A stretch of 64,000 bases of DNA from a virus (taxonomy: Duplodnaviria; Caudoviricetes), in the IMG/VR virus record IMGVR_UViG_3300047539_000078, positions 64,001 to 128,000 of that record; one strand, given 5' to 3'. The notes beneath the pieces are model-generated. The model made no database searches and had not been told where the DNA came from. It was given only the letters and a program-made list of their open reading frames with translations. Below are positions 9,461 through 19,494 of the stretch, piece after piece (the stretch's first letter is position 1; the number at the start of each line of letters is the position of its first letter). A program made the position numbers and the translations under genes.

Positions 9461-10471
9461 ATGAACATAAAACAGCTCGATACCGACGAAGTGAACATCG
9501 TGTACACGACGGATTGGCATTTCTCCGACAAGCCGATAGGTCGCCGCCAGGACAATTATCGGAAAGCCCTCTTCAACAAACTAGAGTTCGTGAGAAAACT
9601 GACTCAGGAAGTCAATGGTATAGCGTTGTGCGGAGGCGATGTCTTCCATGTCAAGAGTCCCCGGAACGAAGCAAACAGCTTTGATCTTCTTGTTACACTT
9701 ATCCATGCTCTACGTCGATTCCCTACAGCGGGTGTTTGGGGCACAGTCGGCAATCACGATATTTCATTTGACCGTATGGACTCTCTATCGAGTCAGCCTC
9801 TCGGTCTGCTGATCGCTACGCACGTATACCGCGACATCAGCATTGAGCCCGTCACATTCGTGAACAAGGATGGCTCCATAGCCGTCCAAGTGGAATCGTT
9901 CCCCTATGAGGATGGCGAGAAAACCCTGGAGCGCCTTCTCGCATCCGGTCCCCGCTCCGGCACCACGGGAGTCACGAACTACCGTGTCGGCATCGTGCAC
10001 GCCTACGGCACACCCGGCGGGAAGGCCCAGATGTTCGCGGCCCGCAAGATAGGCTACGACGAAATCAAACACCTGGACTACGATCTGCTGCTTTGGGGTC
10101 ACGACCATTCCCGCCACGAGACTGAGACCGTCGGGAACATCACGCACATCAACCTCGGAAGCCTCGCCCGCGCAGCGTACGCCTACGACGAGGTTTCCCG
10201 CCCTGTCGTCGCTACCCTCTTGTCTTTTAGCCGAGAAGGTGTAGACTATGAGGAGCGTGAGATTCCGGTGACACCTATCGCGGCGGCGTTCGTTACGGCG
10301 GATAAGGGTGTGCAGCAAGTCGTCAAGACCGAAGAGGTTGAGGACTTTTTCACCTCCATGGACGATGTTGTAGGCGGAATCGAGTCAGGCGATCCGCGAG
10401 AGGTCATGGCGCAGCTTTGCGAGGGAGAACCGGTGCTTTTGAGTCGCACCTTGGAATTGTGCGGTCTGTAG
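9461..10471 (+). CDS. sbcD: SbcD/Mre11-like metallophosphoesterase nuclease
   Basis: TDWH, GGDVFH, GNHD, GHDH, NLGSLAR motifs. Confidence 0.88.
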   Translation: MNIKQLDTDEVNIVYTTDWHFSDKPIGRRQDNYRKALFNKLEFVRKLTQEVNGIALCGGDVFHVKSPRNEANSFDLLVTLIHALRRFPTAGVWGTVGNHDISFDRMDSLSSQPLGLLIATHVYRDISIEPVTFVNKDGSIAVQVESFPYEDGEKTLERLLASGPRSGTTGVTNYRVGIVHAYGTPGGKAQMFAARKIGYDEIKHLDYDLLLWGHDHSRHETETVGNITHINLGSLARAAYAYDEVSRPVVATLLSFSREGVDYEEREIPVTPIAAAFVTADKGVQQVVKTEEVEDFFTSMDDVVGGIESGDPREVMAQLCEGEPVLLSRTLELCGL

Positions 10472-10526
10472 ACAACCAGTTTAAGGATGCTCGGCATCCC
10501 AATTAGTAAAATCAAAGGAGAGCTAT

Positions 10527-11018
10527 ATGAAGAGACATATCGGTGTGTTTATCGCAGCAATCTTGTTCCTATTACTCGGTTCAGTACCGGCATTCGCCCA
10601 GCACGGCAAAGGCGGCCACGGCGGAGGCGGCGGACGTTCCGCAGGTCATGCGGCAGGTCATGCAGGCGGAGTTCGGGGAGGTGCCAGAGGCGGTGCTCGC
10701 GGCGGCGAAGTCGGGCGCGGCGGGGAAGCCCGAGGCGGGGAAAGAGGCGGTGAGGCCAGAGGCGGGGAAAGAGGCGGTTTCCGCGAAGGCTTCGCACGTG
10801 ACAACTTTGGTCGTGGCCATAGCTTCCGGTTCGGGGGCGGTGAACGCTTCGGCGACGGATGGCGCTTCAATTACGGCGGATACTGGTGGGGCTATGATGG
10901 ATGGCCTATCGGTTGGGGAATCAACGATCCCGTCTATATCGACGCGGATGGGGACGTTGAGTACCTCTACGATCCGCTCTTTCCGGGTTCCAGATTGCAA
11001 CTCAACGTAGTGTTCTAA
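10527..11018 (+). CDS. secreted Gly/Arg-rich protein with aromatic C-terminal domain
   Basis: AAGGAG RBS; signal peptide ending AFA; GGEARGGER repeats; YGGYWWG..DPVYID..YLYDPLFPG..LNV. Confidence 0.7.
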   Translation: MKRHIGVFIAAILFLLLGSVPAFAQHGKGGHGGGGGRSAGHAAGHAGGVRGGARGGARGGEVGRGGEARGGERGGEARGGERGGFREGFARDNFGRGHSFRFGGGERFGDGWRFNYGGYWWGYDGWPIGWGINDPVYIDADGDVEYLYDPLFPGSRLQLNVVF

Positions 11019-11103
11019 AGGCTGATTGCGAGCAAGCCAGGAAACCGCAACTCGCAACTCTCGGGCATGGTCACGGTTCACTGGCAACCATGCCCACCAA
11101 TTA

Positions 11104-11133
11104 GGGGGCGGGCAATCCGCCCCTTTCTTTTTT
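11104..11133 (+). terminator. Rho-independent terminator
   Basis: GGGGCGG / CCGCCCC stem followed by TTTCTTTTTT. Confidence 0.8.
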
Positions 11134-11158
11134 CTCTCGCCCGTGGTATCATATCCCT

Positions 11159-11398
11159 GTGATGACGAACCAACGACTATTCGACCTTGTCCGATACATG
11201 CGTGCGGAATTGCTTGAGGCGGAACTGATATCGTACGATGAGTACTACGAGCTAGCCGTGGAGCACGCTGCGGTCGCACGGCTTGAGGACTACGACGGGA
11301 TTCGAAAGAAGTTGACGGAAGCAACCGCTGAAATTAAGCTTCTAAAGGGAGACTTGAGCATTGCCTGCCTACAGCGGGATGCGAAGCGTTGGACATAA
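11159..11398 (+). CDS. hypothetical protein
   Basis: Start 6 nt after GTGGTATCAT; helical 79-aa ORF. Confidence 0.55.
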   Translation: MMTNQRLFDLVRYMRAELLEAELISYDEYYELAVEHAAVARLEDYDGIRKKLTEATAEIKLLKGDLSIACLQRDAKRWT

Positions 11399-11402
11399 TC
11401 AC

Positions 11403-11957
11403 ATGAGCAACCATCTGGTTTCAGCGGACCACCATTTTTTCCACGAGCGGATCATCGAGCACTGCAAGCGTCCGTTCGCCAATGCGGAAGTGGCGGTGGG
11501 AGAGATGATCTACCGATGGAACGACGCCGTCAAGCCGAACGACCTCGTATATTACCTTGGGGATATGTTCTACGCGGCCAAGGCGGATCAGATCGAGGAA
11601 GTCCTCAAACAGCTAAACGGAAAGATTTTCTTCATCCCCGGCAACCATGACAAGCTTCTCAAGAAGAAGTTCAAGGACCGATTCCTGAGTTGGGGGGACT
11701 CCATCGAGAAGATAACCGAGGACGGTCAGCAGATCGTGCTGTGCCACTACGCCATGCGGACATGGCAGAATTCCTCCCACGGGTCATGGCAACTCTACGG
11801 GCACTCGCACTCACAACTGCCGGACGACCCCAATCTCCCGAGTTTCGACATCGGGGTTGATTGCTGGGACTACGCCCCCGTGACTATGGACCAGGTCTTC
11901 GCGAAGATGAAGACAAAAGCTGGAGGCCCGAAGTATGTTCAGCGGAGCCACAAGTGA
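11403..11957 (+). CDS. calcineurin-like metallophosphoesterase
   Basis: ADHHFFH, YLGD, PGNHD, LCHY, LYGHSH, FDIGVD. Confidence 0.9.
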   Translation: MSNHLVSADHHFFHERIIEHCKRPFANAEVAVGEMIYRWNDAVKPNDLVYYLGDMFYAAKADQIEEVLKQLNGKIFFIPGNHDKLLKKKFKDRFLSWGDSIEKITEDGQQIVLCHYAMRTWQNSSHGSWQLYGHSHSQLPDDPNLPSFDIGVDCWDYAPVTMDQVFAKMKTKAGGPKYVQRSHK

Positions 11958-12112
11958 GTGAGCTTGCCCTGAAGAGCCGCAAGCCTGACATCGCCTGGAA
12001 ATGGCGCAAATGGACCTTCGGCTTCTGGACGGACCCGAAGAACTGGACGGCGTTCGGAATCGACATCGGGCCGTTCGAGATGGTGTGGCGATACGAGGGA
12101 TACCGACAATGA
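11954..12112 (+). CDS. small Trp-rich hypothetical protein
   Basis: GTG start overlaps the upstream TGA; its stop overlaps the next ATG. Confidence 0.4.
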   Translation: MSELALKSRKPDIAWKWRKWTFGFWTDPKNWTAFGIDIGPFEMVWRYEGYRQ

Positions 12113-12470
12113 ACGTGGATGAGATCAAGGCCATCGTAAGCAACATCGAGTACAAGGATGGGATATTCCGCATCATGCGGGACGAAGAGCGGGGGCGCTT
12201 TTCCATGGTCCTCTATTTCTACAAGTCAAGTTCGTTACAGTCAATGTTGTTACCGGATTGCCCTATACTGCCCTCGGGCGAAAATGGCTCCTGAGCGAGC
12301 ACATGGTCAAGAGCGAAATAGTGGCCACGGCATTGAAGGCCGTGCTCGCCGCCGAGGAGCACGAGGCCCGGGAACTCTTCAAGTACAACGCGAAGGCCAT
12401 CTTCAATCCGCACATCGATGTGGACGCGCTCCGCGCAGCGTGCGATACCATAGATGCCCGAGTTGACTGA
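12109..12470 (+). CDS. phage hypothetical protein (apparent frameshift)
   Basis: N-part MNVDEIKAIV in one frame; C-part GRKWLLSEHMVKSEIV..EEHEARE.F.Y..IFNPH.DV in another. Confidence 0.5.
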
Positions 12471-13712
12471 TGAACAAACCTCTGGCGACGCTCGACTACC
12501 TCGTCGAGACCGACAACCCGAAGGCCCTGGATCAGACGGTGAACCAAATTTCCGCCGCCGTGGTGCAGGATACATCCACGGAGGACGGCTACAAGCGGGT
12601 GGACGGCCATTGCGTCCTGCGTGCGCTCGGCAATCCCGAATACGTGAAGTTCGCCTGCGAGCAACAAGGCTATTGCAAGATCGTCGGCGAGCTTGACCCG
12701 CACGGAAACGCCGTCATGTACGCCCCCCCGGATGTCCCGACCGAGATGGACGAGGTCTATGACATCATCGCCACCGAATTCGCCAAGGAGATCGACAAGA
12801 TTTTCGCCTCGGAAGAGACCCTCAAGGCCGCATTCGAACATTGCTTCAAGCACATGGAATTCACCCGCACCGAGCACTGGTCGGGCATCCTCTACAAGAT
12901 TTTGGATACCTGCTGGCGCGAACACGGGCCGAACGCGAATGCGTCCATCACGCCAGTCCGACCGCATGGAGATTCTGCGTGCGCTCCTCGACAAGCTGGA
13001 CTTCAACATCTATTCCCAAGTCGCCCTCAATCTCCAGGATTGGAGTGTCCTCCACTACGATGGCGGAAACGTCCAGGATCAGATCGACAAGATAGAGAAG
13101 AAATGGGAGAAGTACAGCGTCACACCACTCTCAAAGGGTGCTAAGCTCACCCCGAATGCGTGGAAACCTGTAGACATAGACTTCAACAAGGATTTAGGTA
13201 CCGTCAAGAGCCTCAAGACCATCAGCGGCATCGCACCCGGCATCAGTTTCCGTGTCTCCCCGAAGGGAAGCACACCGGCGTTCGCCGACTCGCAGAACTT
13301 CTCCATGATCGGCTCCGGCGGCGACAAATACGTCAAGGTCAAATACCCTGAGCTTCGCATCTGGTATGTCACGTGGAAGCCTGGAAGCACGCCGCCCGTC
13401 GCCAAGCCGCAGCCGGACGGCACGTTCTGGGTAGACGGCATCAACTATCCTTTCCATTCCAAGTCCGGGGGAAGCGTCCTCAACGAGGCCATTTTTGCCC
13501 GAGGCATAGCGTTCTCGTTTTGGAGCGGGCTGTACACCGGAAGCGAGGGCGGGGATGATTTCGTGCTGGTTCGTGATCCCAGCATCCTGGTGCTGCCGCG
13601 CATGAACTCCGTAATGGTCGTTGCAGCCAACCATCAGTTGGTGTACGATATCTTCAACACATTGAAGACCGAGTACCCCATGCTTGAACTCGTGGACGGT
13701 GAACGGAAATGA
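12470..13712 (+). CDS. hypothetical protein (one frameshifted gene, or two genes split near 12950)
   Basis: Frame starting at 12470 reads protein-like to about 12940, then the frame ending at 13712 takes over. Confidence 0.45.
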
Positions 13713-13942
13713 TCGAACGGCACGGTAAACCGAAGCCGGGGCACGTGCATAACTTCCGGTACACGGACCACGGGAGCTTTAGCTCTTGGAGCAAGTGTGA
13801 ATGTGGGGCGCAGCACGTCAGAAACTACTCGCCGGACGGGTATATCGGAGACAAGCCGGACGAGGTAATCTATGAACTTGGTTGTTGTTTCTTCGTCGCT
13901 GGATGGAAATGCGACGATGCGGTGCTTGAAGGAGTGACATGA
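13709..13942 (+). CDS. small Cys/His-rich hypothetical protein
   Basis: ATGA overlap; H-V-H and CECG motifs. Confidence 0.45.
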   Translation: MIERHGKPKPGHVHNFRYTDHGSFSSWSKCECGAQHVRNYSPDGYIGDKPDEVIYELGCCFFVAGWKCDDAVLEGVT

Positions 13943-14011
13943 CATCCTATGTTATATTTCTCATCATTCTGCTCATCCTGTCCCGCATCCTGCGGTGGCC
14001 GGTCTAAGCAC

Positions 14012-14029
14012 GACTTTCCGTTCCATAAG
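14012..14029 (+). promoter_or_regulatory. putative phage late promoter GACTTT-N6-CATAAG
   Basis: Same spacing and consensus at five sites upstream of virion-type genes. Confidence 0.5.
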
Positions 14030-14034
14030 TGACC

Positions 14035-14606
14035 ATGTCACTTAACGGCTTTCAACCAGATGCAGCACTGCACACCGCCTTTTGGCGCAACCAAGAGAAA
14101 GACTTCCTCGGTCGCGTGACGAACGAAGTGTACGTCAACTTCGGCGATGTCAAGTGGTTCAAGACGAACCGTGCGGTGAATCCGTCCGTCGGAGGTGCGC
14201 AAAACCAAGTCCTCATCTGGTACAATCCGAAGGAACAGAACCCCGATCCTGACCAGAAGCTCATCGGTCCCCCAGCCACGGCGCTCCTCACCGGCCTCGA
14301 CTCTATCTGGAGCGGAATAGGCGGTACGCCGGGGTTCCAGCCGGATTCATCCATAGATTCAGGTTTCTGGCGCTGGCAGTACACGAATACGCATCGGGGC
14401 AGATCACCAACGAGACCTACTTGAACATGACGCTCGTGAAGTACATGAAGACCTCCCGCGTGTATTCCCCCGTGACCGGCGGGCAGACCGACATCGTGTC
14501 CCTGTGGTTCAACGTCCTGACCCAGGACCGCAACCCCGACCTCGTCCTCGACAACGGTCCAAGTGCTGCGCTTCTCGCCCTCCTTCGACGGCATCTGGCT
14601 ATTTAG
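14035..14606 (+). CDS. putative virion protein (apparent frameshift near 14390)
   Basis: Internal repeat GFQPD...FWR (2x); heads the structural cluster. Confidence 0.45.
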
Positions 14607-14614
14607 TAGGAACC

Positions 14615-14632
14615 GACTTCCGCCCGCTTTAG
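14615..14632 (+). promoter_or_regulatory. putative phage late promoter GACTTC-N6-CTTTAG
   Basis: Matches the motif at 14012, 41989, 48892 and 49290. Confidence 0.45.
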
Positions 14633-14673
14633 AGAGGGATTTTCTTCCCCAATTATCATTCTAAAGGATTTCC

Positions 14674-15812
14674 ATGGCGGACTTGACACCATCCAACCCA
14701 CAACCGCCTCCAATCTCATTGACGCAGCTCCGCGTGCTCGCCCAACGCCGCCAGTACGGCGCTGGGTCCGTAATCTACACCCCCGCGCTCATCTACGTGG
14801 AGGACGCTGCGGGAAGCCCACCGGCCCCGTACACCATCGTGATGACCGGCCAGGACGGCCTCATCAGTCCGACGCTGCTGCCCCCGTACACGCCGGGTTC
14901 CACGGTCCTGCTGGAGACGAACAGCACACCGAACACGCTATCCAAGACTATCCTGAACCTCAAGCAAGGCCCGAACATCGCCCTGGTGGCCGATGCCTTC
15001 GGCGGCGTGACGATTCAGCGCTTCCGGTACGATTTCTCACCAGCTTCACCCACATCACACCGGCGACAACACCACCGCTGACTATGACCGTGGACACCGG
15101 GGCGACCCTGTCCTATGCCAACAACGGCGTCGTCAATGCTAATGAAATCGGCAGCATCAACGTAAACGGCAATCTACCTACTCACGCCGGTGAGATTCTA
15201 ATCTCCCAACCGGGCAACGAGACCGCCGTGTGGGCGGACCCATTGGTTCAGGGCATCCAAGCCGACGGCACTACAGCATCTACAATCAACCCCGTGCTCA
15301 TATCGGGGCGGGGACCGGACGGCAACCAGCACGACATCGCCACGGACGACAGCGGCAACATCATCTTTCCGGGTTTCATATCGGTCAACAATTTTCCGAC
15401 CGTCCTGTATGGGTCGCCTGCCCAAGAAGCGTTGAATTGCTACGTCGTGAACGAAATAGCCTTCGCGGGCAGCGTGGAAGTCACAAACTTCCCGTCGGTC
15501 CAGGTCGTTTCCGGCACCGTCGCCGTCGCGCCACTTTCCGCCGTAGGCGAACCACCCGCAAGCGCATCAGTAGGCATGTCGTCAGCGATGATACTGGCGT
15601 CCAATCCGTTGAGAAAGGGATGCTCTATCCAAAACACGGGCTCGGATGTGATTTCGCTCGCGTTTGGTGCCAGCGCAGCCGTGCTCTATTCGGGCACGGT
15701 TCTTTATCCGGGGTCCACTTTCTACATGGATTCCCAAGACTTTACGACGCAACAGATAAACGCTATAGCATCCGATAGTAGCGGCAGCGTGAGCATCCAG
15801 GAGTACGAGTAA
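14674..15812 (+). CDS. virion fibre/appendage protein (apparent frameshift near 15030-15080)
   Basis: LNLKQGPNIAL, PTHAGEILISQPGN..WADP.VQG module, C-terminal N..RKG..IQNTG...INAI..SVSIQE jelly-roll-like end. Confidence 0.6.
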
Positions 15813-15814
15813 AA

Positions 15815-17990
15815 ATGCCAGTTCTCACACCAGCACAGATAAACATCTATTCGGTGACAAGCACGAACAGCCCGTGGGGCACCGCCCCGGTCGGCAACCC
15901 GTCCGTGCTGGATGTCAACGCCTGCCTGTTTGCGGGGAATATTCCGCTCTCGACGACCATCGTCGGATCACCAGCCGCAGAGGGCTTGAACGTCTACGTT
16001 CTGAATCCGCTCTCCGTAGCATTCCCATCAAACCTGCCCGTCACGCAGGACACTTCCCCGTGGGTGGTGAGCGGCACGGTCGCATTCAGCAACACAAGCA
16101 TCCAGGTATCCAACTTCCCCGCGACGCAGGCTGTGACCCAATCCGGTGTGTGGAACATCACAAGCATCGCCAATCCGGTAGCGGTCACGGGCACATTCTG
16201 GCAGGCCACCCAGCCGGTGAGCGGATCGGTTTCCGTCTCAAACTTCCCAGCCGCCGTACCCTTCACCTTCACGAATTACGGCTCCCCCGCCGTCGAGGCT
16301 GCGAACGTATACGTGGTGAATCCCCTCTCCGTGACCTTCACGGAATCGACCATAGGCGTGACGCAGAACACATCGCCTTGGGTAGTGAGCGGCACCGTCT
16401 CAGTTTCCAACTTCCCGGCATCCCAGGCAGTCACGGGAACCTTCTGGCAAGCCGTCCAGCCGGTGAGCTTCACGACGCCATTCAGCATTGACTTGAACGA
16501 CGGTTTCGGCAATGCCATCAATTCCTCATCCTACGGTTCCCCGGCAGTCAATGCCCTGGACGTATACGTGGTCAACTCCACGTCGAGCAGCGTGACGCAG
16601 GGGACTTCCCCGTGGATCACCGCCGACGAGCACATCACCAAGAATTTGAACCAGGATTCCGGCGGAAATGTGGGCGTGAACATCGAGAACACCGTCCCCG
16701 TCAGCAATGCTGCGTTGTCGGAGATGATGTTCACGTCTTACGGAAGCCCGCCATGCACCGCATTGAGCGTCTACGTCGTCAACCCGCTCACCGTCACATT
16801 CACGGAATCGACCATAGGCGTAACGCAATCAACAAGTCCTTGGGTGGTTAGCGGGTCCGTTTCCGTCTCGAACTTCCCGGCGACTCAGCCGGTGAGCAAC
16901 GCAACCCTTTCCGAGATGTCCTTCACCAACTATGGCGGCAGCAGCCCCGCCGTGGAAGGGCTCAACGTATACGTTTTGAACCCGGTTTCGACCACCGCCG
17001 CAACGACTTCGGCCACCGTCCGCCGCGTGGACGAGCGCGACATCGGTCAACACCGCGCTTCAAGTCAATACCGCCGGGTATTCGACCGTCGTCTTCACGT
17101 TAAATCAGGGCTCGACCATCACGGGCGGTATCGTCACGTTCGAGGCGTCCGACACGACCGCGTTCACGAATGCCTATCCGATAGTAGCGCAACCGGCGAA
17201 CACCACTGGGAGTGCGCCCGTTACCACCTACACCTTTATTGCGAGCACGAACGCATCCTACACCGTCAACTGCGCGGGTCGCGCCGCCGTCCGCGTCCGA
17301 TTGAGCACCGGCATACTCGGCACCGGTACGGTGAACGTGGGCGCGACAGCAAGCGCTGGTTCAACGTTCCCTCTCAATGTGGGCGTCACCACCACCGTGA
17401 ATTGCAACCTGGTGAACCTGCACACCACCAACGCCGCCGCCGCCGCAGCGACCAGCCTGCTCGGAGTCATGCCCGCCGTGGCGAACGCCGTCGCCCCGGC
17501 ATACACGGAAACATACAACGTCCTGCTGTCCACGGACCTGAGCGGCAACCTGCGGACGATAGACGGACGGGAGACGTTCACGAACTACGGAAGCCCTCCG
17601 GTCGAGGCGCTGAACACGTACGTGGTCAACCCGCTCACCGTGACTTTCACGGAATCGACCCTCGCCGTAACCAACGCGGGAACATTCCCCGTGCAGGCGC
17701 AGGATGTATCACCCGCCAACGCGAGTACGTCTCAGGTTTCCATTACTTCGACTGCTACCGCAATCGTCGTCGCGAGAGCCACGAGAAATTCCGTGAAGAT
17801 CACCAACATGGGCACGACGCCTATCTATCTCGGATTCACGAGCGGCGTCACGGTATCGACGGGAGACTTCCTCCCGGGCATCTTGGGGGCGTTCGTCGTC
17901 TACCCTACGCAGACGGGCGTGTGGGGCATCGTAGCCACGGGTTCATCCCCGCCTTCGGAAGTCGTCGCCGTAGCGGACGTTTGGAACTGA
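15815..17990 (+). CDS. repeat-rich virion fibre protein (apparent frameshift near 17020)
   Basis: Repeats of VTQ.TSPWVVSG.VSVSNFPA.Q.V and YGSP..EALNVYVVNPL; C-terminus (17301-17990 frame) R.SV.ITN.G...IYLG. Confidence 0.65.
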
Positions 17991-17991
17991 T

Positions 17992-19485
17992 ATGATAAAC
18001 GCAGGGTATCCCGCAGCGGCGGGCGGCGGATCATCGTTCTCCATCACGGGCGGGGCACCCGTAGCCAACGAATGGGTGGTTTCCATCACGGCGGCAGGCG
18101 TAGTGTCCCTGTCCCAGCCTGCGGCAGCCAACCTATCCGACGGAACCACTGGAACGGGCGCAATCGTCCTCGCAGACTCGCCGACCTTCACGTCGGGAAT
18201 CACCGCTAACGGATTCCTCACCTCCGTCATAAGTGGGCAGGGGATGATCACATTCTATCCGAACGGCGGCGGCAACTTCATTGAGTCCACGACCTCGGAC
18301 GGTAGCTCAAGCCAGTCCCTAACAATCTCTGGGCCGCTCGAAAGCAATATGACGGACTTGTTTTTGTATGCTACTACCATCTTTGTCCCCACAGGCTCAA
18401 TCTCCGTGGGTGGTATCGGCATTGCTTGCAACGCATTGTACGCACTCACGATAAACCCGAACGGCTCCTTGACAATTACGGGCAATCCCGCCTTCACGGG
18501 AACGCCGACATTCTCTAACCCAGTGGCGTTGGGAAGCTCCACGGCAACGACACAGAGCCCCGGAACGGACAATACCACAATTGCGACGACACAGTTCGTG
18601 ACGACGGCAGTTGCCGGAGGCGGAGGAGGCGGAGCCTTCTCGGCAATCACGACGGGAATCAATACCTCCGCCACGATGACGGTTGGACCCGGCTCTACAC
18701 TCACATTCAGCGGGGCTGGCTCGCCTCCGTACGAAGGGGAAATCAACGCCAACTTCCTGTACGGGGTCCAAATCGAACCGTATGCCCCTACCGTCGGGCA
18801 GGTGCTGACCGCCATCAGCACGACGGCGGCGCAATGGCAATCGCTGCCAGCAAGCTCGGTAATATCGGTATTCGGTCGCACGGGTGCGGTCATCGCGGTC
18901 AGCGGGGACTACACCGTGGCGCAGGTTACGGGAGCCGCAGCGCTCGCTGGTCCGACATTCACGGGAACGGTGACGATACCGACGCTTTCTGTGACGACCG
19001 TCACGGGCAACCCGTCCTTCACCGGGACGCCGACATTCAGCAACGCCTTAGCTTTGGGAAGCTCCACGGCTACGACCCAGAGCCCGGGAACGAGCAACAC
19101 CACAATCGCGACGACACAGTTCGTCAATGCAGCCGTGGCCGCCGGTGGAGGTGGCGGAGGTGGCGGCTCCTGCAACGTTATTAGCGGCACGGGGATAGTG
19201 GTGTCTTCGGCGCTGGCGGGAAGCCCCGCCGTGGAAACATTCACGGTGAGTTTGGCTGTGGCAGCCATCCACAAGTACGCCGCGTCGATCGGCAACGGTT
19301 CAGACACGTCGTTCTTGGTCACGCATTCTCTTTCGACTACTGATGTCGTAGTGATGGCGTACAGCCTCAACCCGCCGAACGCCGTGGTGGATGTTGAGAT
19401 TGAAATCACCGATTCAAACGACGTGACGCTGAACTTCGCCACGGCTCCAACGGCGAACAGCGTCCGGGTCATCGTCATAGGATAA
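17992..19485 (+). CDS. tail-fibre-like protein
   Basis: Two copies of P.FTGTPTFS..ATTQSPGT.NTTIATTQFV, VISVFGRTGAV, C-terminal VTHSL.T.DV.V..F..AP..N..RVIVIG. Confidence 0.75.
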   Translation: MINAGYPAAAGGGSSFSITGGAPVANEWVVSITAAGVVSLSQPAAANLSDGTTGTGAIVLADSPTFTSGITANGFLTSVISGQGMITFYPNGGGNFIESTTSDGSSSQSLTISGPLESNMTDLFLYATTIFVPTGSISVGGIGIACNALYALTINPNGSLTITGNPAFTGTPTFSNPVALGSSTATTQSPGTDNTTIATTQFVTTAVAGGGGGGAFSAITTGINTSATMTVGPGSTLTFSGAGSPPYEGEINANFLYGVQIEPYAPTVGQVLTAISTTAAQWQSLPASSVISVFGRTGAVIAVSGDYTVAQVTGAAALAGPTFTGTVTIPTLSVTTVTGNPSFTGTPTFSNALALGSSTATTQSPGTSNTTIATTQFVNAAVAAGGGGGGGGSCNVISGTGIVVSSALAGSPAVETFTVSLAVAAIHKYAASIGNGSDTSFLVTHSLSTTDVVVMAYSLNPPNAVVDVEIEITDSNDVTLNFATAPTANSVRVIVIG

Positions 19486-19494
19486 GGAGATATT

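Noticed and set aside
15815-17990. Diversity-generating retroelement template/variable repeats in the fibre genes
   Set aside because: The repeats are in-frame protein repeats with no obvious adenine-specific differences, and there is no reverse transcriptase in the window.
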